A stretch of 64,000 nucleotides of DNA from Azolla caroliniana (lineage: Eukaryota; Plantae; Polypodiophyta). Shown here in pieces: positions 1 to 10,607 of the stretch. Position numbers and translations under genes: made by a program. The notes beneath the pieces were generated by a model. The model was not told where the DNA came from. It saw nothing but the letters and a program-made list of their open reading frames with translations, and ran no database searches. The DNA is taken from contig JBHGNT010000002.1 in NCBI GenBank assembly GCA_043228905.1, positions 24,924,001 to 24,988,000 on the forward strand, given 5' to 3'. The number at the start of each line of letters is the position of its first letter. Within the stretch, counting starts at the first letter, position 1.

Positions 1-442
1 ACCATATAGTTAGTTTTAGCAGGCTTAAGGATCAATTATCTCCCATTAGTTACACAGCAGACCCTTCAATCAAACCCCCCACTATTACTTGCATTCGTGA
101 TATTGTATTAAGCCCCGTGTATACATTCGTTTGTTGCAATTGGAAACCTGTGGCAATTTCTGCTTCCTTTTGGTTAGATATGGATGGCTGGAGCTCACAA
201 GGACTGCTTGAAAGATGCATACGATTTTGCATCACTCCATCAATTTTCTCAATGGATTTTGCATACCATCCTGTATCATCACTATAGTAGACAATACTGT
301 AAACTCAGTTTGCTTCAATTGCACTAGATACCATATAGTTAGTTTTAGCAGGCTTAAGGATCAATTATCTCCCATTAGTTACACAGCAGACCCTTCAATC
401 AAACCCCCCACTATTACTTGCATTCGTGATATTGTATTAAGC
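1..442. repeat. Direct repeat of at least 113 bp (1-113 and 330-442), period 329 bp, downstream of the CRF gene; may extend beyond the window edge
   Basis: accatatagttagttttagcaggc...tattgtattaagc occurs identically at both positions. Confidence 0.9.
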
Positions 443-956
443 TCATAAACCAACAGTTATAAAGTTTTCGGAAACAAGATTTCCCGTACCCAAACACTTT
501 CGTAATAGCAACACTGTTGCTAACTTTCACTAAATTTGCTCACGTTCCTTCTCAACCACACTAATTCATCCACACATACACTTGGCAAATAACTCTATGC
601 ATAACCTTAATACCACGATTTCACTTTATACCACGATTTCACTTTGGGAGATTAACCTTGTCAGAAAAGCAGTAAAATCTATATATAATAATCCAAGTAA
701 TTCAACAAAATTCAATATACCAACTCTCATTCAAAACATCGTACAAAATTACCAACTGCCTGGAAGGCTCAATAGCTTAAAAATCCAGGCAATGGTTTAC
801 ACACACATACAAGTATTTGCATACATAATAAACATAACATATACGGTAAGGCTTTCTATGCACCATGATTAGAGAGACCTCTTCGTGGGCATTGCTTCCT
901 ATCATATAGCACTAGAGTATAGTTAAATAAACAATATAAAAACATCAAGATCTTTT

Positions 957-3376
957 TCATACTCTGCATCCCTCTGCAACATTAATCCAGGCAAGCTCTT
1001 CCATATCAAGATCAAAATTCAAATCATTTATTGTTTCTCCATCATCGAACATAACATCTTCTAATGCGTCCACAAGCTCTGCCCCAATGCTTCTAGATAA
1101 GTCTAAATCAAAATGTCTAAACTCTCCTCCAAAACAAAGGTTCTCTTCAAGGAGGAAAGGAGACATTATTGAGTTGAGATCTACAGCCATCGCATCGAGC
1201 TTTGCCCGAGCCCCTCCTACACCATTGTAGGTATGATGAACATCAACACTATACTGTGAAACTGATTGTGATGAGGAACAAGGCGAGGAAGAAGCATCCA
1301 TGTTGCTTAGACAAGAACTCTGGAGAGAAACTGCAAAAACATAATTAAGGTCTATCAGATAAATGCCCAAGAGTTTAGCCAGACATTCCGAACCAAGATC
1401 TAACAAAGACGCACAAAATTTAAAAGCACGCATCAAGCCAAATTAACAGAGGCGAATGGTGGGCAACACTCAACAGCAGATTCGAAACAAGGTCAATCCA
1501 ATACTAGGTAGCCAAAAGTTTATCCAAACCATTAACATCTGAAGACAAAGATGCCAAAAGATAGTCAGACAAAGCACTCAAGATCTCTTTAGCAGCAAGA
1601 GGACCGAAATATTCAACAAGGCATCGTGGACCAGTCTATAAGACGCAGATGAAAATTGCTCGACCAAACATACTAACCAACAGATATAGTAAAACCAGGC
1701 ATACCAAACCCAGGGATCTCATATTCCCAAAGAAAGGTGAACAGAACACATCGTAATAACAAAGACTGTCTAAGGTGCCCATACAAAACAGGGCATATCA
1801 CACTAGGCAAAAAGTCTTCAGGATCCGATCGCACCCAAATCTTCAACAGGACTGTAAGGTGCCCATACAAAACAGGGCATATCACACTTACACTTAAGAT
1901 CAGCATGATATACCCTGTTGAACAAAACAGGGCAAAAAGTCTTCAAGATCCAGCCAGGCCCAAATCTTCAACAGGACATTTAACAACTAAAGTCTCTCAG
2001 AGATAAACGGGCTTAAATTAAACAAGAAGGCATATCAAATAGAGCAAGATCTCAAATAGGCAAATTTGTCCAGGAATTCTAACAAAATGTCAAACAGAGC
2101 ACTGAACATAGTTTAAATCATCTTATTTGATTCATAGATTATCTAATAGATGAGAAACAGCACGATCTGTAATAATCTCTTGTTAAGATTAGTACCATCT
2201 CAATCTTCAAGAGACCAAGTAGTATCTGGCTTCGTTATGGTTTAAGAGGAGGTGGGGTGCCCAAAGACTCAGACTAGAATCAAATCCGAAGGTAAAAGAC
2301 ATTTGCATGATACAATATCAAATCAAAAGACAAAACCAATTACCTGAAACGGGAGATATTATAACCTCTGATTCATCTGGAAGGTCACTTTCAAGAACAG
2401 ATGAGGGAGACTTCAACAGATAATCAAAACCAGCGCAAGATTGAACCAATTCAATGTCCATTTTTGGTAGCTTGTCATTACTCATAGAGCTCTTCAGAGA
2501 TAAAACACCATCTGAAGACGAACAAGACAGTGGAGATGATGAAAGCCCATTACATATCATGCTGATCTTACATGTACTTGTACTGTTCTTGGCCGATCCT
2601 TCCACAAGATAAGGGCTCTCTTCTGAGAATTTCCCAATATATCTATTTTTCTCCTCTGATCCGCCAACAAGATATATATTTTTCTCTGTGATATCCTTCT
2701 TATAATTCTTCTTCTTCTTTAAGCTTTCATGAGTATCACTCTTCTTTTCTGTCATGAAATCATCAGCATCGTGATTCTTAATAGAACATCGGATTCTTTT
2801 TGCAGCAGCTTCATAGGCTTTTGCAGCAGCGGTAGGACTATCATATGTCCCAAGCCATAACCGAACTCCCCTCGAAGGATCTCTTATTTCTGCAGACCAT
2901 TTTCCTCTTCTTCTTTGTCTCACTCCTGTGTATTGAGACTGCTTCCGCAAAACACTTCTCTGCTTCAAACTATTACTATGGTTATTGTTCTGTTTTGTGT
3001 TCTTCAGATTTTGTCTCTTCATCTTCTTCTTCTTCATCAAAGCTTCAGTTTTCCTTGAAAGTGGCCTTATGAAGTCTAAAGATCTCATGGAGTTACAGCT
3101 GAACGATCCATTCTGACCAATTTCAGAACAGAAGAAAGAAGGAGAAGGGGGGGTTGTAGAAGGAGAGGAGTGGGCAGGTATATATACCTCCCGTATCAGT
3201 CGTTTAGGAAAGATTCTTTCCTCGTCATCGCTAGAAGAATCCGTGGCATCAGGATCTGTGCAGATCAGGCGAATCTTCTGTAACGGTTGTAGAGTTTCTT
3301 CTATACGAAGTTTGTCTGAAGGTTTAACCAAAGGTTTCTTTTTCGCAGCCTGAGAGCTCACCGCAAGAACTGTCAT
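957..3376 (-). CDS. AP2/ERF transcription factor, cytokinin response factor (CRF)-like, probably group VI-L; exons 3376-2344 and 1330-957, ~468 aa
   Basis: N-terminal CRF motif [20 protein letters not shown]...KRLIREV; AP2 domain [34 protein letters not shown]; SPSSVL motif; donor CAG|GTAATT at 2344/2343 and acceptor TTTTTGCAG| at 1331/1330 are phase-compatible and join an acidic C-terminus [16 protein letters not shown]. Confidence 0.85.
1772..1888. repeat. Short direct repeat (~33 bp core, ~84 bp period) in the CRF intron
   Basis: aaggtgcccatacaaaacagggcatatcacact occurs twice. Confidence 0.8.
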
Positions 3377-4164
3377 TGTGGAATCGAGCGCTTACAATAA
3401 TATGCAGATGACTTAAGGCGGCTATGGAAGCTGAAAGTCCACAGTTAAAAAGAGAAAACATATATTTAGGTATTAAACAAAAGGGAGTTCCATAGATTTT
3501 CAGTTCAAATATAACAGAGATTAGCATATAGGGCAGAAATAAGAAATACTTGCAGAGATAAGAACAGATCAGGGAAGATGGGAAGAAGGGAAGAGACAGA
3601 AGGAAGATAAGAAATTGACAGAGACAGAAAAAGGAAAGGAAAGAAGATGATGGAAGGAAGATAACTTGCAGGGATTCCCAAACAATCAGGAAGATAGAAG
3701 TCGACAGAAGACTTCATAGCAGAAACTTGCACTTAACAAAAGAATAGAGCGAAGACATGAAGGATTTGAAGGAAAAATTCAAGCAAAGGTGAAGGAAGAT
3801 AGGAAGAAGAAGAATGACAAGGAAGAATACTCTACGAGATTAGCATTAAATTGGAAGGAAAGAAAAGGTGGAAGATTTAATTGCAGAAATTAACAATGAA
3901 AATGAAGAATATGAAGGGAGATTCGCATAGACTTACAAACAGAAGGAAGGAACAGAACGATTAAAGAGGATTTCCCACAGAGATTTGCATGAAATGGAAG
4001 TAGACGAATAAGAAGACGATGGCTAAAAAGACGGAGAGGAAGGAGGAGAGAGAGAGAGAGAGATGAAGGAAGATATGTACTCACAGTGTTCTAGTCCTTG
4101 TAATCCTGTGCAGAAAATGGAGAAGAGATAGGAGGACGCTATGTCGCGTGCTTTTCAGGGACAT
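3373..4164 (-). promoter_or_regulatory. Candidate upstream ORF across a 5'UTR intron (4084-3431) of the CRF gene; 45 aa if spliced, with its stop overlapping the main ATG
   Basis: ATG at 4164; donor CT|GTGAGT at 4085/4084; acceptor TTTCAG| at 3431/3430; spliced frame [45 protein letters not shown] ends in TGA within caATGa. Confidence 0.45.
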
Positions 4165-4254
4165 GGAATGAGGCGCTGAGCTGGGATCAGAAGAAACTCT
4201 GATATTTTTGGGGCTTCTGATGCCTGAACCAGGGTTAGGGAAACCTGTGAAATT

Positions 4255-5558
4255 TTAGGGTTTCGAGTTTTCTCTAGGCTTTATACAGAAAGAAACAAGT
4301 TTTTCGGGATTTGAGGCTTTTTTTTTTGTTTATGGAGAGACTCCAGAATTTTGAGGACCTCTCGGTTTCACAGAAACTATATGGTTTTTAGTTTAACAGC
4401 AGGTACTCTGAGATTTTAGGGTTACAGACACGGTTCTTTTACAGAGTTAGAAAAAGAAAAGAAATTTTCAGGGCAGGGAAGCTTGGGGGGTTAGGGTTGT
4501 CAGGGTTTTTTTTTTTATCTAGTGTTTTGAAGCCTTGTGTTTGGTAAGGAAGGCGTTTTTCTTTCTCTATGTTTTTAATTAGGGTTTTGAGCTTCAGTTC
4601 TGCAGCACGCGAAGGAAGGAAGGCTAGCAATAAACCCCTCTTCCTCCGCGGTGCTGAGAAGCAGAGAAAGGGAAAGAGAGAAGGGAGGAGTGAATGAAGG
4701 AGGGATATATAGAAGAATTAGAATAGATAAAGAAGAAATTAATGGAAAAGGAGTCGAAGAAGTCAAGCCTGTCGCGAAAGGCAGAGACAGAGAGATAAGA
4801 CGGAGAAAGAGAGAAGAAGAAGAAGAAGGAGAAGGAGAAGGAGAAGGAGAGGTATATGATGAAGCGTGTAAAAGCTATGGTAGCTTTTTTACTTTAACTC
4901 TGTCTCTCTCGTTTAGTAAAAAGTCAGTCTAGTAATAATTAGGGTTTTCGTTTCTCTTTCCCTCTCTTCAGTAATAATTAGGGTTTTGGTTTCTTTCAGC
5001 AAGAATTAGGACTCCTGCAGTATTTCTAGGGTTTTTATTTCTGTGTCTTTAATAAGAATTATGGTTTCCATTTCTTTCTCTCTCTCTCTCTCTCTCCGAT
5101 TGTGTCCTCCGTCAGGCTTTCAACACAGAATTAGGGTTTCTGTTTTCGTAGTGACTTCACTTCGTTAAGAATTTAGGGCACCCCTTTTCTCTCAGAATCT
5201 CTTCGTTAAGATTTTAGGGCTCCTTGTCACTCTGTTTCATCTTCTGTATAATAATCAGGGCTTTCTTTGGCTGTATAACTTTTGCTTTTCTCACTGCGAG
5301 GAGAATTAGGGTTTTCCTGCGTCATGAAGAATTAGGGTTTCATTCTCTCTCACTTCGTAAGTTCTCTCTCATTCTACCTCTTCACAGTCTCTGTTGCCAC
5401 CGGAATGAATTCTCTCTCTCTCTCTTCTCATTAGACTTTAATAATCGAACAATTTTCCTCTCTCCTCCACTGCGATTTTGTTTTTCCTCTCTCTTATTCG
5501 ACGATTATTCTCTCTCCTGTTCTCGGAATGAATTATCTCTCTCTTCGCATTAGGGTTT
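4255..5558 (-). promoter_or_regulatory. Cluster of telo-box motifs (AAACCCTAA) in the CRF 5' region
   Basis: Eight exact TTAGGGTTT on the + strand (about 4255, 4579, 4939, 4978, 5131, 5307, 5332, 5550) plus variants, all in the same orientation. Confidence 0.65.
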
Positions 5559-5890
5559 AATAATCAAATAATTTTCCTCTCTCCTCCACTGCGATTTTGT
5601 TTTTCCTCTCTCTTATTCGACGATTATTCTCTCTCCTGTTCTCGAATGAATTATCTCTCCCTTCTCATTAGAGTTTAATGATCAAACAATTTTCCTCTCT
5701 CCTCCACTGCGATTTTGTTTTTCCTCTCTCTTATTCGACGATTATTCTCTCTCCTTTTTTTACGGTAGCCGCCTTGGGAGTGAATGAATGCCTTTTATGT
5801 ATCTCTCTCTCTCTCTCTCTCCTCATCAGGATTTTTAACAATGGCGAATTTTCCTCTCTCCTCCACGCCGAATTTCGTTTTCCTCTCTCT
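5403..5890. repeat. CT-rich tandem repeat, ~120 bp unit x3 plus a diverged partial copy
   Basis: aattttcctctctcctccactgcgattttgtttttcctctctcttattcgacgattattctctctcct recurs at ~5450, ~5570 and ~5690; diverged copy at ~5848. Confidence 0.85.
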
Positions 5891-8800
5891 TGCTCAGTCA
5901 ATTACTCCTGCCTTTTTTCATTCTTGAGGTTGCGTTTGGCGCCATTTATTCTGGGGATTTGCACCAAAAGCAAACCCTTTTTATACATTGTGTTGGTTCA
6001 TTATTTTCGTGGGCATGTCCTGCGTTCACACTTGGCAGGGTGTCCAATAACACCCGGTTAGGAAGCCCTGCTTGTCTTGTCTTTGTCTTTGTCTCTGTCT
6101 CTTGGTCTCCGAATCTGTCTCTCTCTCGGGGATTGGATGCGTAGACAATGAGTACACTAGGTGGACAAACATGTTTCGCTATGCTTCATACTTCTCGCTT
6201 GTGCCCACACCTCGGTGACCAAAACCCCGCGACACTCATCCAACAGTTGACAAAGGCACCCACCCTTTTGGGGGGTGTTTGCCTTTCTTTCTTGTCCACT
6301 CTCTTTGTGAGAGTGGTGGATAAGATGAGGGGATGCAATGGATGTAACAAACGGGTGGACAAAACATGTTATACGACCGCAAATAACCCTATAAGCATTC
6401 ATCCCCAAAAACAATATCATGGTGCCATGCGCGACAAAAGCGAAGTTTTTTCTTTTTTTATTATATACATGCATATTTATTTCCGATAAAGTTTTCGTCA
6501 AAAGAAAAGAAATATCATGGGTTTGCTATGTTCACACAATAAATAAAAAGGAAACAACCCTTGTGATAGAAAACATTACGGCCCGGTTCTCAGAGTTCAG
6601 GAAGGATTTCGCCTTATTTTAGCCGATAGCCATTTTTATGTTCAGTTAGTTAAATGTGAAGGTCAAGAAGATTTTAGCACACTTTCCAATGCTTTTAGGT
6701 TGTCATAAAACACGTCCCCTATTTTAGTTAGCCCATTAGGTGCCTTGTTTTCTCGCTCTCTTGAAACCCGCACATCAAATCGATGAACATGTGTTTTATT
6801 GCATTTGCCCTAGTTTCATGGTCTTCCACATGTTCCTCAAGAAAAATGGGGTGTGACTAGTAGACATCCGTCCACCTTCAAGTTTCTAGCTACCGAGATT
6901 AATGTCTCTTATGTGGACTTTTATCATCTTTAATGTTGTCCTTCTTTATGTGTAAGTCTATCATTTTTAGCACAATCACCACATAGTAGTCTCGTTTGTG
7001 GATTTCTATCATTTTTTGCACAACTATGCTTCAAAGTTCAAACTTTGTTGCAAAGCCTCAAATCTAATGCGTTGTTTTTTTAATGCAAAGGAAAATAATT
7101 GTACTTAAATATGAGACATGTGGAGGATTACAAATTCAAAAACATCTTGGGAGTGAGTACATACATATATGGATTTTTATGCAACTTTTTTTATGTTAAA
7201 AATGTTGTAGGAATGGGGGACAATCCATGATCTTGTCCTTTGGGCATAATGTCTTGTCTTACCGACAAATTGGTCTAGATTAGGTTCACAAGTTTTATGT
7301 GACATTGAGGTGGCAAATGTTGTTTGAGCAATAAGCTTGGTGATGAAGGGCAAAAACGTAATAATTTGTGAATGTACTACCTATAGGAAATAGGCATAAG
7401 GGTAGAAGGAAGGAGGACTCGAGAGTGAATTGATTTTTGAGGAGGAAAGTGGAGTAAGCACAATGAATGTTTATTTTATAACAAAAGAAGAGATTAGTAT
7501 TCCAAATCCAAAAGTTCATAACCAAAGGCGAACAACATCACAAATCACACAAATAAAAGGTAATTGCGCTTCTTCACAAGTTGAATATGTAACCTTGTCT
7601 TCCAAATTCTCATTGTTGATATATATGAGTTATGCAATTTTTTATAGTTAATTATCTATCTCTTTTTAAACATTGGCTTGCTTAGTCATTGGGTTTAATT
7701 GGATTTGTGTTTATGGTGCATTTAATTTGTTGGCACGCAAGTGAAGTAACGACACATTACAATTAGAGGTTAATATGAGATTATTGGAAAGTGTATCCAC
7801 ACTTTTTTTATCTTTTAGAAGTAAAGCAGGCATATATAGTTAAAGTAGAAAGTGATGTCCTTTGCATTTTCCACATACATCCCATGTTGAATGTAATTAT
7901 CCTTGCGCCACTTTGTGAAATGAAGTAACAAAGTTACACAAAATCATGGAACATTGGTTCACATGATTTTAAATTATTATTTTTCACCTGATTTTATTTG
8001 GGGAAGAGGATTTTCCCTATATTCATGTTTTCTCCCTCTCAAAACTTATATTCGTGTCAAATTTACCCCAAATAATAATTTAATGAATGTGATTAGTGAT
8101 ATACTAGACCTCGACTAATGTATTTCATTGGGACTAGTCACTTGGAGGATTGGCATCAAGATGAGCTCCATTGCTCGAAGTGTGCCAACAAGTCATTGTT
8201 GAGTCACTCAATATCTTGGATGTATTTATTCGATTGGAAATAAATACATAGTTTGTCAAAGTCTTCATACTTCCTTCTTTATCTAATAATACAAGCATGA
8301 TGTTTCATCATTATTTACAACCATCATTGACATTATTCATTACTGTGGAAATGTTCGAGACACATAATGACCACAAAATGTACTCCATACAAATGAGAGA
8401 TTGTTCCGGATGGGTTATCTTTGATTGAAAAGCAAGCAACCTAAATAAATAGTACACATGACTTTCTAAGGGTTTTCAATGTGATCATATTCACGCTACA
8501 AATATTTAAAAATAAAATATTGGTTTGCCATTGTCACGAATTTGCCAATTTTTTATTGTTTTGAAGTTCAACAACTTTTAAGTATGCATTACTATAGTTA
8601 ACATGTTTATCTTTGATGTTAATCACTATAACAATATTATTAAAGTTAACACTACATAATTGTAGATTGAAAAGGTTGAAACTTGATTTGAGATAATTAG
8701 AAACCCTTCATTGATTCATTAGTCAATGTGCTATACTCTTGTATGTTCATAAATAGTTATCGACACAATCATCCAGTGAAAAAATGCTTCCTATTTGAGC

Positions 8801-9590
8801 CCATGAGGTCATGCATCTTATCCTAGGACAATTGGTTTACATGTCAACGTTTCATCTAATATAAAAACCTTGAATGGCGCACTGTGTATAATAACATAGT
8901 GCAAATAAAATAAATACCTCTTAGTTTGCGTATTTTCACAATGCCCATTTGTCAAGGTACAACACATTAATTGTATTTGTCAAGGTGCCATTTATATGAT
9001 TAGGATGAATGTATGTATTTGCATTTGTTAAGGTGTCATGGATGGTCATGGGTATGCAATAGACATGTCAATAATGTATCATGCATTCGTCGTGGATGTA
9101 TCATGTATACGTCGTGGATTGGAGGGGAAAACAATTTTAAATGCTTGCCAATTTGAGATGAAATCTCATATTTATAATAAAGGGCCTACATGTAGAAGAA
9201 TTAAAAAGCTCAAACATTGCTTGCTCACAAAGCAAATCGTACTCAACCACACCTTTGATGTATAGACTCGATCACTTGGCCCATTTAGTTAGATCTTAGA
9301 ATCAATTGTGATTGCATACGAGATCGCAAGCAGTGTCCAATGCAATAATTGACATTTAACCACACTTATCAATTATCAATTAGTGGAAACCTTTGAAACA
9401 TCCACAAGTTTGATTTATCCCCTAAATGCCATACATACATTTCACTACGTTTTTAGTAGTCCCTCTCTCTCTCTTGACAAATAAACAAGGTCAACATGCA
9501 AGAAATCATACAATCAAACTCGTCCCCTCCCCCTCGCCCCGCATTTTTATATTTTTTGAGCGTGAAACAATGGAATAAAGGGAAATGACA

Positions 9591-9954
9591 AAACAACTTG
9601 AGGTATTTATTTATTTATTTCCAAAATGAAGCTACTTTCCCATTAGTTAGGAAGGATTATTACATAGAGAGTCTACAAGGAGACTTATACACACATCGGG
9701 GAGTCTTCCTCCGATCAAGTAAAAGAAGATGAGCCTACTTACAATGCCTTGCGGCCTAACTTAATGTAAGAAGCTACCTATATCTAAGGCGATGCCCTTC
9801 AATGTTGCCTAGTACGAGTCGGCTCTTGGGGCCTACAACGAAGAGTGGGTGGCAGGTGAGTAGGAAACAACCAACGTGGGGGTTGGTAGTTCCACCTCGG
9901 GCCACTCCCGCCTTGCATCACCATAGTGTGTTTAGGAAACAAGTTGAGGTATTT
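9591..9954 (-). mobile_element. Short non-LTR retroposon insertion (5'-truncated LINE 3' end or SINE), ~330 bp, with (TAAA)n tail and an 18-bp TSD
   Basis: Flanking direct repeats aaacaacttgaggtattt (9591-9608) and aaacaagttgaggtattt (9937-9954); the (attt)n tract abutting the left repeat reads as a TAAA tail on the - strand. Confidence 0.6.
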
Positions 9955-10607
9955 TTTTCAAGAGGGGTTTTTTCTCCAACACCACGAAAGCTTTTCATTT
10001 ATTTCCTTTGAAATGCCCTCGAGTTTTTCCCATTTCCTCGAAATGGCGATGTCCGGATAGCAGGGCCATATAATTGCTCAGGTAGTGGATGGACGGACGG
10101 CATGAATTCATGGAGAGTAATATGGGAGTCTCCTTAGGAATATATATGTATGTAAAGAACAACCGAGGGAAGGGTGTGCGTGTCTATGTGTCTCGGGGGG
10201 ATTGGGGGGGGGGTCATGTCTAGGAGGATCATGCAATATGGATGTCCTGTGTAGACCTTTGGTTTGAAAAAGCAAAAAAGAAAAGAGTCAAGAGAGAGGT
10301 TGCAGTGTCCGGCCTGGCAAGACGCCCAAGTGTGAAACCAACAGTGGAAGTCCATGGCCAGCCGAGCTTCCCGCCGCGTTCGCTTGGACTCACTCACTAT
10401 TGTTATTCTTTTTTGTTCTCCTCCTCCTCTTCTTCTTCTTCTCCTTCTTCTTCTTCTTCTTCGATCGATCGATCGATCTTCTTCTTCCTCTAGCTCGATC
10501 GATCCATCTGCCATCTCTCTCTACATCGCTTCCTCCTCCTCCTCCTCAGAAGAAAATCCTCCAGTCATAACCCGAGCTCGTTATTCCTCCTTAGCTCTCT
10601 GATCTCC

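Noticed and set aside
957-1436. Stand-alone 159-aa ORF
   Set aside because: Better explained as exon 2 of the CRF gene; its first 35 codons are intronic
6148-6400. Possible MITE or hairpin (gtggacaaa repeats, cacccttttggggggtg)
   Set aside because: No clear terminal inverted repeats or TSD found
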